From Daphnia carinata (Eukaryota), in NCBI RefSeq assembly GCF_022539665.2, contig NC_081333.1:992001-1056000 (forward strand): a DNA stretch of 64,000 bases, in the 5' to 3' direction. The translations under genes and the position numbers were made by a program. The notes beneath the pieces were generated by a model. That model was not told the origin of the DNA, made no database searches, and saw only the letters and a list, made by a program, of their open reading frames with translations. How positions within the stretch are numbered: the stretch's first letter is position 1; each line of letters opens with the position of its first letter. This document shows positions 13,401-28,100 of this stretch, piece after piece.

Positions 13401-16400
13401 TCGTCAAGAATATCCTCGGCAAAAAGGGAGGTTAAACAAAAAAGAAAAGAATAGATTGATTGTCTAACCTAGAACTGTTGAAGGGAAATACAGCGGGTTC
13501 CCCGTGCTGCATGCTATATAAAATCTAACTATAGTTTAAACGATTCAGATATTTATTATTCAATTGAATGGTAGATAAAATATCAGCAGTAGGAGAGTAT
13601 ATGTATATATATATCGAGAGTTTGTTTTTTTGTTTTTTTGTTTTTCGCAACCTTAGAGGAAAAAAAAGCAAAGACAGAGAGCGAACGTACATGTAACCAG
13701 GGCGATAACCGGGTTAGTGAACGACATTGAACATAAATTAATCGGCCGGAACGGTCGACAGTTGAAATATACTCGGTCGTCGCTTCTTAGATCTAAAGAG
13801 TCATAAATTGTCACCAATGAATGCGAGGGCCCAGTGCGTGGAAAATATAGGACTCACGTCTAAGCAGGTAGTGCGCAATAAAATATATGTACGCACATAC
13901 GAATGGAAACGGTCCAGCGACAAGCCTCTGTACCTCGATTGCGTCTTGCAAACAAAAGAAAAGGATTGTTTTCATGCTTTGAGGGTATAAAACTCTGCTG
14001 CGATGGCCCCGCCCTAATTTTATCAGGAAATTAGAGGGCGGAAACACAACGACAAATGGTCGATGCTATCCTCCCGCCTCTGTTGATTGATTATACGATG
14101 CAAACATTGTACCAAAAGGAGATTTGATATTACGTAAGGATGTGTGTCTTGAAGACGTTGATCCTTGGCTGATGGTATTACCTGAAATTACTAAAATTAT
14201 GTCAAAAAGCTCTTATGACAACCACTTACTACGTACTAAGTTTAATATAGTAAGAGCTTGCCAAAACGAAAATCGTAAGGTCTTTAGGGAGGTTTAATCT
14301 CAGCTGAGATGTCTCATTGATATAGTCGCAATTCAACCAGAATCCATATTTTATTTTAATTTTAAAGATATGTTTGTAAACCTCTTTAGGCGATGAAACG
14401 TATTCGATATACTAATAGTGCTTATGTTCTGCACTTGAAATTTCCAAGTACCGCGTGCGGGATTGTGCAACGTGCGCAGCTCGTCGGAGAGTATCGAACC
14501 TTATCTGAAACCCAGATACTGGAGCGCTTTTCGAAGAATATGAAACTTAGGTTACTTGAGATTTTATCAATTTGTTTACATTCGTGGACGACGCATTGAG
14601 ATTCGACAACAAATGAATTATGGTGGGCAGCTTACATGCAATAGGGTTTCTGGAATTGCTAATCTCAATTTACCCGCTTAAGCAAAAAAAAAAAAAAAAA
14701 AAATGAAACTCAACAATTGAAAATTTCATGCTGTATTAATGTAAGGCCATTCGCAGTAACCTCATAATAAACATGTTCGTGACATCAGCTACCTACTAAA
14801 CAGAAAACTGAAAACGTTCTTCCTAAAGAGTAATATTCCACACGCGCTGCTGTTCGCATTTGCTTTTCACTCTGGATCTTCATCCAACCTCCGTTTAATT
14901 AACGCCCCAAAGAAAGAAATTTACACCAGCAAAATATTCATTAGGAAAGATAAGCTTCTGTAGTTCCATGTTATATAACACACAATTCTTCTTCACGAAG
15001 AGGTGTAAGCGCATGAGAGAAAGCAAAATTGCCTGTCAGAGTAGTATCTTACACCCCACATTTTGGGAGGTAGAAAAAATAAGAAATAATACGAAACTTC
15101 AAAGCAAACAGAAGGGCTTTTCGGAAGAACTTTTTATGATAAAATAATAATTATCTATAGCCCTATGGCGTTCTATTTGTATATACAGTATAGGGCTAGA
15201 ATTACAGTGTTTCGTGCCCGTCGAAGTAGACTGTCTTGGGTTCTGTTAGCGATACATGGGTGCGTATACCGCCATCGTGCTATATCTTGTGATTGGTGGT
15301 ATGGATGCGACTATATAAAGTGATGGCCGTAGGGTTCACGCGTATTGTTTGGCTTCTCCTCTTGGTTTTTTCGTTCTTTATCCATCGTTCGCTTAGGCGG
15401 CTTTATCACGGCCACCGAACAAGAAAAGCACAAACATCAACTTCTGTTTAAATATACACTCTAATTGAAATAGTTCAAGTCCGCAGAGATTCCTACTTGC
15501 ACACAGAGCAAGACAAAAAGAAATTACACAGCTTGAGAGAATAAACTAGCTTTCTTAATTGTGCCGCATCACTTCAAAAATGACCCAACTCCCCAAAATC
15601 ACCTTCACTGTAGGCGCTAAATAAATCCAAACAAGACAGCAAAAAAAAAGTGGTTGTTACATAACAAGTGGAAAAAAAAAGAATAAGTATTTAGATAACA
15701 GTCTAGATTTCAAGTTGTTCGTGACGTAGAAAAGGCCAACCAATAAAAAAAGGCAACTCACAGCGAGGCGTCCGCAAATAGTTTGCCTTGTTATTATGCT
15801 AGACAAGTCCATGTGTGTAGCTGAATAGGAGCGTGTCTTCTCGCGACAGTTTTGCAGCGCACTCCAGATAGGATTGCGACAAATCTCAAAGCTCTAAGGC
15901 AAAAGCAAAGAAGGCGGTGACCGATATCGGTGCTGTCTTCGAATTGGATCACAGACGCTATAGCAATTTCTAAATAGGCACTTTGACATTTGAGACGTGT
16001 ACTCGGTAACCTGCAACCATAGCAAATTGATACCAACCTAGCCTGAATTCATTTTTCCTTACGCGATAAAACAAAGACTCTTCACGTAACGTTCACTATG
16101 CGCAGCTCATTTTGGGTGGCATTGGGCCGGATTGTTCGAGAAACGTGCAATTCCATCACTGCTTCTTGCGCACATCGATAGGTGTACTAAAAATTCCACG
16201 AATTCATCGATCGTGGTTGGTATATTCCACCATAACAGTTTTTTCTTTCACTTTAAGCCTATTGAAGGCTTACGTGTACAGTTACATTTCCAAAAAAGCG
16301 CATCCACAGGTGTAGCGATTGGTCACCAACGTTCATGGGGACTTCCATTAAACCCATTTTCAAACGTATCACAATCCCGGGATGGCAATTGCACAACCTT

Positions 16401-18855
16401 CATCGATAACAAGGTGTGAAGAGGCTTATAATCAAGCTATCAAATATAAACTTGGCTAGTGTTGAAAATGCAATAGAGCATTGTCCCGCACGCCCTGAGA
16501 AACCAATACAATTGAGTCACCAATAACAATGACCGAATGGCCCTCGTATACGCAACCGATTGTTGAATTCTTTATGGGTCAGTATTACATTGTTTCATCA
16601 CTCAAGTCTTTGGCCAGAGAGAATGTCGCGAATAACTGATTGTAGCTCTCGAACAAGTTGAAACAGTACGAAACCTTTGTTTTTCAAATAATTCTGCCGA
16701 TGAAGGAGGTTCAAAGAGTGGGACGTTAATTGATTTCTTTTATACGCCCTAGCGTGATTTTCCACTTATGTTGTCAAGGGAATTTGTGATGAACATTCTA
16801 TATACTCTTGTGATCGGCTTGTGTTTTCGTAGTTGCAAGCTGCGCAAAACAAATCCGACGCGGCCCAAAAACTGTCTGTTGCCAAGTGTGTCGCCAATCT
16901 GTCCAACTGATTCAATTTGGACTTGTTTCTTAGCAAACATGATCATATTCTTTTATATATATATATACATATTATTATTATTGTCGCATCAAACGACAGT
17001 ACGTTATTTTTTTTTTTTTTTGTTCCTCTTTTCCGGAAAAGTATCGGTACACATTATTGAATCTTGTTACCACTATAAATGGTGCAGCTATGCGATTTAG
17101 TTGTATTTCTCTTAGACAAAACATATCGAATTGTATACGAATGTGCATCTCGATATGTGTATAGATGTCGGGGGGTTTTCGGCTTTATAACAATTGCTGG
17201 CGAACGTCACATCTTATTTTATTTTTTTAACGTGCCATCTTGATATTGTGCAGCCATGGCACACACAATCGTGAACACAGGGACGGAGATTGTAGAATCG
17301 TCTACTTGTCGGCATCGACGAAATAACAAGTTCTCCCTTTTTTTTTCTTATTCTTCAAAGGTCCTTATACTTCGCTTGTCTTGTTTTCAAAACACGTTCT
17401 TCTGTCTACTAGTTTTTTATGCACGGGACGAGGGTGTTGTGGACTTTTGCCAGCGAGAAATGTCTCTCGCTACGATTGGTCAAACACTTATCATCACGTA
17501 GGCTTCAACTTTTGCTGTGTCATCGAATTCGCATCAGCATTTTTGAAAAATTGAAGACCATCCCGCCATAGAATTTCGAAGCAGAACACGAACCCAGTGA
17601 CATTTCTAACGCGGTTAAGCAATTTCAATCAAATTTTTATTGTTGTTGTGTAATAATCAATGGCGACAGGAAGACGTAGAATAATTTACAGTTCGCAATC
17701 ACGAGCGTTACAGTCTTATTTGAATATTTGGCAGTTCAAATCATGCAAATCGATCTGAGGTGACAACGGGTATTTCTTTGATAAATGAACTGAAAATACT
17801 CGTCCCTATGTGTTATCAGGGGATGCGGCCAGTGAATAAAGTATAACCAGCGTCTGACGTTTGTTGAATAACAACGTCTCGTAAATTCAGATTAACTCAC
17901 GAAAAAAAAAATTAAATGTGACATTCTCGGAGGCCAGTCATTGAAGAGTCTGTTTTTAATCCAGCCACAGAGTATATACTGTATATGAGGTCAACTGGTA
18001 TGTTTATATGATAGTCTATGTGAAGAATGTGTCCATTCTGCACAGACTCAAAAGGAAAGAGTAAAATCAATGTTTTCACGATATACTTTTCTCCGTAGTT
18101 TTGCGCTGAGGAGATCGGTGAAAAGCATTGCGAAATAGACAATGCAGTTACCAAACTGGGTACATTTGAAAACACACTCATTTCGTAATAAAGAAAAATA
18201 TTTTTTTTAAAGATGGGAAAATTCATTTGCAAGGAAAGCTTTCACTTTTGTAAACGTACACTGATAATAATGATGTCAACGATCGCTGGGTCTTTTCCAT
18301 TTTTATCAGAGGAAAACATGAACGAGTGAAAATGAAGTGAACGAAGACATTTTTAGCCATGAATTTTATGTATGCACGCTGTCGGGTCGATCGACGTATA
18401 CGCTCGTACGCGTAGCCTAGAGATATGACACTTGAACAGCCAACATAATTTTCCTTGTCTGCGGTCGATTAAATGCTGAAGCACCAAACAGCGACTGCAC
18501 ACAGTTTCATTCTGTCTGAATAAGCGCGGCTATTCTTCGCGATTTTAAATTCCACAAAAAATAAAAGGAAAAACGAATCCCAAAGCACGAAATTTACGTA
18601 TGAGAACAGAATAATCATCATGGCATTACACACGAATTCAGTGTGGTACCCCTCCCCCCCCGTCGTAAAAGTCCAACGAATCCATTTTTGAAAGGGAAAA
18701 AAACATAAAAAATCTACTGTTTTACCTCTGATTGTGAAAGAAGGCTTTCCTTGCGCCATACAGTAGGTAATCCAGGTGAAAGCAAATGTTACCACCAGTG
18801 TAACTTTCTTGAGTCTCGCCTCCGGTGGTAGCGCACTTTTACTCGCTTTAAACAT
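4444..18855 (-). CDS. dpr: Defective proboscis extension response (dpr)-family two-Ig-domain cell-surface protein, ~393 aa, probably GPI-anchored
   Basis: Exons in minus order: 18726-18855, 8895-9283, 6957-7107, 6824-6883, 6082-6129, 5759-6013, 4444-4592. All introns are GT-AG, phases are consistent, total 1182 nt. Dpr motifs: PYF..TWPTNVSVILGQPVVLKC, LSWIRQRDLHVLT, DWELRI, DAGFYECQVNTEPK, GSTLSLTC, DGGNYTCRPS, GEHPAAMQHG, then a hydrophobic tail. The first exon (hydrophobic signal-like segment) is less certain. Paralog number not assignable. Confidence 0.9.
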
Positions 18856-19639
18856 ATTTTCCGTTTTTTACGTTGGTTCAAGTTTCTTTCTTTCCTTTCC
18901 AACTGGAAAGCCCGCACTTTTTTTCTTTTTTTTTTGGGAAGAAGGTTAAATTTACTTTTAACACACTGACATGTCACTAGATTTTGTGTGTGTTCACGCG
19001 TGTGTGTGCCCGTCTAGTCAATAAACAAGACGTCGCTCTCGTCGTATTCTTTCAATTTCCTCTTTCTCACTTTGGACGTATAGTGGACGCGCAGAATGTT
19101 TACAGCGTCCGTCAGGGCCGCCGTGCAGGTACTACGTGAAACGGCCAATTTTCTCGCCTTTTGCTGGCCCGTCACATGTTGAGCGCGATAGATTTGCTTG
19201 CGACAACCAGTCAGCAGCTGCTGCGGCAGACACAGGATTTCCAGGGTTAAGGCCGTTTGATCACTTGCCACTTTTCCCGCAGCTGTTGCCAGTGTCAAAG
19301 AACGATCATAATCGATGTTCTTCTAATCCTATCATTCATCCATCGACCACAAAAAGAATACAAACATAAATGCAATCGCCTTTTCAATGGCTCTTTGCCT
19401 TCATCCCCAATATTGGGTTTCCAATATTGAAGTTTTAAATGAAATATCTCTCTCTGAAATTCTCACAGCACCCGGAAGGATCGTACTAGAAAACACTTCG
19501 AATGACGGTACAATCTTAAAATCGAATTTTATTTTTATTACTATTTTTTTCAATAGCCTAGCGATGGCACACACGAACGAGTTCACTTTGGCGTGAACGT
19601 GATAGCGTTTCGCTGTAAAGAGGCCAGTAGCACAATCAG

Positions 19640-19645
19640 AACTGA
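19640..19645 (-). promoter_or_regulatory. Candidate initiator (TCAGTT) for the dpr gene
   Basis: Arthropod Inr consensus on the minus strand ~790 nt upstream of the proposed ATG at 18855. Motif match only. Confidence 0.25.
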
Positions 19646-22600
19646 GTTAGACGAGCCGACTGCTTCTGCTGCGAAGCTGTAGCGCATAAATGGCGAGCGC
19701 AAGCGCTCTCAATGTTTCATTTTTTTTTTAAATATTTTATTTTTTTTTTTTTTTCAGTAAGGACCCAACTAAAGCTGCAATATAAGTTTCTTGAGCCTAC
19801 GTGGACGATGACTTCGTTATGTAATTGACATGTAAGTTTATGTGCAGCAAAGAAGAAAAGGCTGGCGGCGTTCTGTGTCTAGCTGGCTCGGAAAACAACA
19901 TCACATCAGCTGATATGGAAGCCAGAAACGATGAGCTTATTTTCGTGAAGGCTATATACACACACGCACACAACACATGGAGAGAAAATAGGTTCGGACA
20001 TTGCGAACATGGTGGGCAAAACCTGGGCGTCAGCTCAAGCTGGCTCTGGCATTTCATAAGAAAGTATCTTGATGAAGTTCAAGACGCAGACGACTATATC
20101 AAAGGAAAGCAATTCCATCGTGTCTCAAGTGCCGCCTTACTTGATGTTGAAGCACAAGGTGGATCCTGACAATTTCTCATTTCCTTTCTTTTCCCTTTTT
20201 TTTTTTGTTAGGCAAACTTAGGATCCATAAGATATTTGGTTCCTGTTGCTGAATGAGTAATGTATACGGATCGCAGAGCATCTCGGGTTCTATATTTATA
20301 CGTACTGAGAAAGTTTAACACGTCGGTAATCATGGGCTTGTCTGTATCTTGTTTATGTGACTAAAATGAACCTTTGATGATTTCGTGGAAAACTCTTAGC
20401 CTTCGCACCTTCTTATTGGAGAAACTTTTATGATTCGTGCTGCACCGTGGCTGCGCTGCTATGCGTGCATTTATGCAGTTGCTTAATATGTCAATAATCG
20501 AATTTAGCTTATTATACCCTTTGGTACGGTGTCAAATAAAAACTAGATAGCGTTAAATACAGACGTGTGTAGACGGGGGAAAGAATATCAAATTATATGA
20601 TTTCGTATGTGTTCGCTATAAACAGACCATCAGCATTCATAAGCCATTATTTAGTTTGCGCGCACTTGTGTGGAATGTCGTTAACGGGACACGTTTACGT
20701 GCAATTTCGTGCGTCCCAGCGACAGGTCGTTTTTAGTCCCACCAGCTGACCCCTATTTAAACTGTACGAATATCGAAAAAAATTATGCAAATTGCGAGTA
20801 GAAACAATTCATTATTCATAATCAATTAAGATTTATAATTTCTTTGCTGTAAATTAAAAGACTAAACTGACTCAAACTCAGGGGAACGTTCTTGTTAATC
20901 TGGTGTTACGCGATTCTCGGCTGTACTGCACCCCGCTGGCAATATATGATAACCCGAGTGGATTCCAAAAGTCAATCAATCAAAATAGCCATGCCATATA
21001 TAGCTGCGCACACGTACCGAAGTCAACATCAACGGCGGTGAGAGTAGCAGCAGGCGGAGACAGTGTGCGGTAAGGCCGCAGCTTTAATCTCGTCTTGCAG
21101 CCACTTGATCTCTCAACGTCACCGTGTACAAAACTAATAGGATAGAACAGCTAATTATTAATTATGTTTTCGGCTCGAATGAGATCCATTTGAAAATAAT
21201 TCGTCAGGACTAAAAGATCGCTATAAAAGCAATAATAAAAATACAACTATGGCGACCTCTCCGACATCATCGACTGGGTACGGCGTGTTAATGAATTGCG
21301 TCTTAATTAAAACGTTAACTTAATGGATGATATCATTTTTATACGATTGATTTCAATTCGCGTTTTTCTCTCACATCTAATTATTCAAGAATTAAGAATG
21401 TCGAAATCCACAGTGCCAATGCTTGTTATAGTAAAGCGCACATACTTGAGCTCAGTTGTTTCCTTTTGTCATTGCTGTTCGCCGTGCCAATGCAATCTGC
21501 TAGATCGTTGGAACAAACAAACACAGACAATAAGCAATCGCGGACTTTTGCGCACTTGTTCGTGATCAACTGCCCTCCTGCACTCACTGTGTACCATTGA
21601 CTTGCAATTACAGATGTTTATTCCATTTCTCAATTCAAGCAATGACAAAGGCATAATTATTTTCGTCCTCAGCACGTTGTGCACTTTCAGCGTTTTCTAT
21701 TAAGTGTGCACATCGATGCATCCAGTGGCACGTAATTGTTTTTTTTGAAAAAGCCACTCGAATTTTTCGCAATTGAAAGGAAGCAGACGGTTATTATTCG
21801 TCCACTATTATTGACGTTTTCACGCTCAAATAGAATGATGTTTATTTTAAATAATTTAGAATTTCATTCGCACCCCACGCAGTCACCAATTAGCATAGAA
21901 AGAGGCTGCCATAAAAAAAAGGCACCGTTGCTTTCTTATTTTCTGTTCTAAGAACGTCTGATTATACTTGTGTTTTGCAAGGGCTTCGTATTCTATGCTG
22001 AAATGGCGCTACGTATGCATAGTACATAAGATGCTTGTGTGTCATGGCGTTTCGGCGAACCAACGTCCACTAGACGATTTTGCCATTTGTCCGATTGCTT
22101 GCGTTCAGAAGGCCTGTGTGCTACTTCCAATATCCTATATTTTATATATTGCGCCTGACATATATCAATAGAAGCATCGAGTGGGGATCCAAAGATAAGC
22201 ACTATCATTTGCTAGAGGGCATGCGACATATACCAATCGCAAACATAATAGGTGAACGGGATCTACTGTATATATCGTGACTACGACAAATAACAAGAGC
22301 GACATTAAAATGGGAAGCCCATCATTTTGGGCCAACTTTGTTTTTTTTTTCCCTTATCTTCCTTCTTGGAAGACCAGTTCTGTGGCTTTTGTAAGTCGCC
22401 ATTATATACAACACTAAGCCTTTACCATCACAATGCGAAAAAAAAAAGGAAAAGAGATAGCAAACTGTTATGTATATACTGTATACAATAATAAATGATC
22501 TGCTTAGTTTTAGCATCGTTGTGCTACGAGTCACGCCGAACACGCGCATGTTTATCGACTATACCTCACGAATGAAATATATATGTGCAAACACAGCCAG

Positions 22601-25100
22601 CAGCTTTTGCGGGTACATAACAGGTAGTTTTATATATGGTACGAACTCGATTGAAAGGCTGACACAACCGATCTTATGATGCAATGAATTGTTGTCGCAT
22701 CTCTGACAAACGTCGCATGTCGCATTCTCTCTATTCACTGAGTACTTTTACGTCTTTCGTTGTTTCTTTTCCTGCTTTCAAATTGAATTTGTTCCCGAAC
22801 AATGTTCTTGCATCACAGGCAATGCTAAACAAAAGAGCTGGCAGGAAACGGCGTACAGACTTGGCATTCGGAATCTATCTTCAGTGTATGACAAGTTAGA
22901 GGTCTACCAAAAGTCTGGTTACCATGGTAACCCCATGCTAATATAGAAATTAGCATACATTTTCGTGGTGTGTGTACCTTGTAAGGTAGCCATGGTAGCG
23001 CCATCGCATAAGCAGACGGACTTGCGCTCTTGTTTTATTTATTTTTATTTGATGCCGTCGACATTGATCTCATCAGCTTGTATAACCTACAGCTCTTTTA
23101 TCTCAAAGTTAGCTTCTTTTTTCTTTTCTTTTTGCGTTTGAAAGTAGCTGTATGGGAATTGGCCTGTGAAACCGACCGTCTCCTGGGTGTAGTATACCTT
23201 CTGAGCTGCGACGGTTGAAGCTTCTTTCGTTCATTTTAAACACACAGAGACACAGACAAAAAAAAAACAAACAAAAACAGGCAAACAGAAGAAAGAGGAA
23301 GTCGGCTGAATTGTTCAATATGCAAGGAACGAGCTTTAGCTCCTCTTCTCTCTTGATGGTTTGATGGCAGATGCAAATTTCCTTGATTTGCACACAGCTG
23401 CAGGGGTTAGGAAGGTTTCTGCCCTTTCTCTTGCCATCATCGCATATACAATGTTATTTCGCTGTGCGCCATCCTAAAGTAAATAAATGAATAAAAAAAA
23501 AAAAAAAAAAAAAAAATAAATAAATAAGATGCAGCCCCCGCCCCCGCCCCAATCAGCCAAAGTCGGGCTCATCCGCCGGGGAGTCTTAAAGAGCTATGGC
23601 AAGTGTTTTACAAGGAAATGGCGACGTACAAATGATTTCTCAACTGCCAGTGAGGCAGTTGCGTTTGATGCGCCAAGGGCGCAGAAAGGTCGCTTCCTCT
23701 ATTGCACACACACGTTGATATAAGTTCGTGTAAGTCTCTACAATATGTTGCACGCCATTCACGCACCCTCCTACTTTTTTTTTTATCGGTTTTCTCTCTT
23801 TCGCTCACTCTCTTCGACACCGCGAATGTTATACGTGGCCGACCTGATGTATATAGGACTACGTATTCGGTAAAGAAACCCAGGCAGAGGGCCTCAGGTA
23901 CATATATACATTTTTAAAGCCTCGCTTGCTGTGGGCAATATATCCTATAAGTCAACAGTCACTACGTGAGCTTAAAAGTGTCTTGTCTTTGTGGTCCGTT
24001 GTTTTTCTTTTCTTTCAAAGTTTGCAGGGCATTATTGGGAGCAGTAAGTACAACGAGATGTAACCGGAGATGTTGACTGGGATTCCGTGCTCTGCAGTCG
24101 TATATAAAGCGTGTTAGACTTGAGGCTGGAATTATGTGCATAGAGACATATACGAACCGACGTGTACTTGGTTTAGCATTATAGCTTGGACATCTCATGT
24201 TTCATCAACAAATAGGCAAGTTTTCCGTTGAGGCTAGGACTGCGAAGAAATGTTAGGTAAAAAAAAAAAAAAAAAGACGGTGGACGGGGAGCGCACTCTA
24301 TCTGATTTGTAGAATTGATGGACACGTTAAAAGCCGTCTGTCTTGGCCGTTGGTATGTCGCGGCACACAAAGATCCTTTTGCATTTCAATTTTCCGTTTC
24401 AGCGATTTTTATCGATTTGAAAGTTCAATGCGAATAGCATTAAACTGCGTAGCTGATGTACTGTTGTTTCACTTCGAAATAGATTCAAAAATTTAGTTTG
24501 AACCGGTTTTGAAATCTCTTCGTCGCACATCACGGGTAGATAACAACTCGTTTTCAACCGTACTACGTGAGTAATCGATGATTAACGACTAATTACACGT
24601 CTGAAAATAGAAGGACCCTTACTTCCATTATTCCAAGTGTGCACAAACTACAAATGTACATATAGCAATCGATAAATATAGTAGCCTAACCTGTATAACA
24701 AAGAGGAGTTTCTAATCAAAAGTTTGATGGCGAAAACACGCACATTTCCCATTGGGCTGTATCCCATATCATATCATATTCAAAAGCCAAAAATCCTGAA
24801 AAGGCTTTTCCACCTTTTCATTGGAAGGCAACTCATCGGACGGGATTTGCCGTTCGTGACTTTATTTTTTTAAAATGAAAATGCGTATAAAGGTCATTCC
24901 CTCCCAAAGGTGCTTCTTTTTTCATATTTCACGTGCCTTGTCATAACATAACGCATCAATTTCTGCACGTACACGGATTAAATCGAGGAACTCTTGAATC
25001 AAATGTATTGTAAAGAAGAATTTAGAAAAAAAAAGGAAATCAAACAAACAGCGTGCGACGTCATAACGTCGTCAAGTTAAGCAGATGGTTGTATATTCAA

Positions 25101-28100
25101 TCATTCGAGAGGACTGACGCGCGTGAAGTAAGGCAGGATATCCAACGGCGCCGGATAAGAGTAAAGCCACATAGGTCCGGTGTACACCGGATGCGATGGA
25201 TCAGCTTCATCGCGCCACACGCCTACGTATTTAAGTTAGCAAATGATGTTTCAATGGTTTTTTATTTATTTCAATTACCTTTCGGTAGGTAGATATCCTT
25301 GGTTACAGCTCCGGTTTGCAGCACTGGCGCTACCAGCACATCGTCTCCTAAAAGATACTCTGCAAACAATAAATTCATTGGTTATAATGGATTTAAAAAA
25401 TAAAAATTGTGTAAAGACGATTGGCGAAATGCTAGCCATTCAAAGTACTTTGCACTCCAAAAGTACGGATTGCGTTATGCGTACTTATAGAGAAAGAAAC
25501 TATAAATGAAAAAGGAATTTATCTTTTTTTTTCTTCAAGGCATTGGTGAAGAAGTAGAGCCACTTCATCGAGAACGAAAATGGAAACTGAAGTGCCTATG
25601 ACATGTATCGCAAGTGAGTGTGGGCACCCATCTTAAGTAGTACACAACCCGTCATCATCATCCATTTTGACAGATTCATTCACTACTATACGTGGCCTAT
25701 TAAGTCCGCAGATGCGAGGATAAAAAAAAAAAAGAACTGGCTGAAACTGACGCAATGAAATTGCAGCCAAAGAAATGATGGTTAAATGAAATCGTCATCA
25801 GTGTCACTGGCCGTAAGGGATTATTAAAAAAAAAAATACATGTTAAGACGTCCCATTTCGTTGCGTTTTGGACGTTTCCTGTCTACTCTTCCATCTTTTT
25901 TTTTGCGTTATTTAAGTACGAGAGCGACGGCGTCAGAGCTGAAGTGATTGACTGCGTGAGCGGGAGAGTCGAGGAAGAGTAGCGAAAAATAAAATTGGAA
26001 GAAAATAGGAAGGAAGAGCAACCCCACACAAAAAAATGACGGCTGCATAAGTGAATTGACGATCATCTGTTGACGGCGAATGGAGAAAAAGGCAAGTGGA
26101 AAAGATAAAAGAAAAAAAGCCAACGGCATTTGTAGCGTCGGTCTGTACATAACACCATTTAGTTCCAGTCATCTGCAACTAAAAGCAGGCCTTTTGCTCC
26201 TCTTTTTATCCATTTATTATTATATTTTTTTTTTTCGTCTTTCATATGCTGAATACAAAACTGCTTCTCCTTTCCGCTGCCGGATATTGCTTGATATTGA
26301 AGGAAATAGAAAGAGCACTGACAGATAGATAGACAGCGTACACAGGAAAATGGAAAGAACTAATACAGCTGATAATGGGAACAAACGGAAAGACAGTGAG
26401 ATGGAAGCAGCTCTTCCTTTCTTTTCTTTTTTTTTTTTGCGACGTCGATTACAACTAAAATATGCATCGCGCAGACTATGTCGACCTTCTCATTCTAAAA
26501 ACAGCTAAATGGTGTGCAATGAAATTTAAAACGTTACTACCTGGAGCCAATCAGAGTCTGCCACTTTCGTTTCTAATCCACACCGGTAGACATCTACGCA
26601 TTCATTTGAAAAACGCCGTACGTTTTCGGTGGAAATGTAAGGCCGGAGAGACGTGAGGGCAAGCCAACAAATCAAAATTGTGTTGCCGGTAGACACGCAT
26701 TGCGTTCTGTATATTTATAGCGCATAGGCCTTTTGCGACTATAAACATTTGCTCCGGCGGAGCAATAAGTTTTGTTTCCAAGATTAGGGAGTTATCGATC
26801 GTGTCCCGTTGTTGTATGCTCCATTTTAACAAACAGATTCCAAATGTTGCGCGTCGAACGAGCAACGTGGGAGAGCTCGTTCAGTTTTAAAATAATGTCT
26901 CGGGATCTTCCCCTTTATTTTTTAGCGTGCCACCACCAGCGCACGACACACTATACTATGGTTACTCTACATATTACAATTTTCTAACGTGAGAATTTTA
27001 AAAAAAAAAGAAAAGAAAAGAAAAGAAAGGCCGGCTCTACTCTTACCTGAATCGATGGTCTGGGCCACGGGGTCAGTCGGATCGATCCACCAGAGCGGTC
27101 GGTTGATAGGGTAGCCGTTGGTCATGGCTTGTCTAGCCAATGTTACGATTAATCCTGAATATTGGTAATGCAAACTCGTCATCTTGAGTGCGATATCGAT
27201 CACCTAGACAGAGAGAAAAAGAAAGAGCAGTCAGGTAGACATGTAGATACGTAGCAATGGCGCATACAATTCCCTTTCGAAAAAGTTGGATGTTACCGAT
27301 AACCACAAGTTCTTTGACAACTTGTAACACAAAAAGCTGAAAATATATGTACGTATGTAGCAACCTTTCACAACTTTTTCTTTTTTGTCAAAAAAGAGTT
27401 CACTTTTACTTCGATGGCGTTTGACAAAGTGAGAGAACATGGACGCCGCCCGGAAACTGTCTCAATTCTTGTCTTATTGCCAATTCAGAAGGACAGCAGC
27501 ACATATCGAGGGGCACTCTGTACACGTTTTCAAGTGCTTTGTTACGAGCTACATTTGCGGACCTTGCTCATTTTATGCAGATCAGTAGCGATATAGTCCA
27601 AAAGCGGTTTGTTTTCTTTATGTATAGAAAGTGCTTGACTTCCTAAGCAGAATAATAAACGTCTACGCAAAAATAAAAAAAAAAGGGCCACTTCAACGTT
27701 TGCGCTTTTATTTTATTTTTTTTCTCCTTAAAGATCGCAAAGCCCAGTAAACATATTTTGCACGTCGTTTTCTAAGAGTTTCAAGATAAAAAAAAACAAA
27801 AAAACTTTTAAAGCTACTGCTAGACTAAGTCTTGTTCTTCTCTGATCAAAGTCAAGTGCATTTGCCGGTGAGTTCGAAGGCTACATATACGAAGAGGCAC
27901 ATTAAAAGTCAAATGGCAGCACTCAAGTGTAGACACAGAAAAGGTATCCTTTTATTTTATTTTATTTTTTGGCTCTGGTTCGAACTGAAACGTAAAACTA
28001 CTCTTTCCTGTGGCCAGTTCTATATTTGATTTTATTCTTTTGCCAGTTTCGTCTAAGTAGATTTTTCGGTTCATAGAACTTTTTGGCAGACTACGTATAG

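Noticed and set aside
9284..18725. Nested genes among the many short ORFs in dpr intron 1
   Set aside because: Low-complexity or homopolymer-derived translations with no coherent exon chains or domains.
19825..20169. 114-aa ORF divergent from the dpr promoter
   Set aside because: Non-ATG start in the track, no recognisable domain and no supported splice chain.
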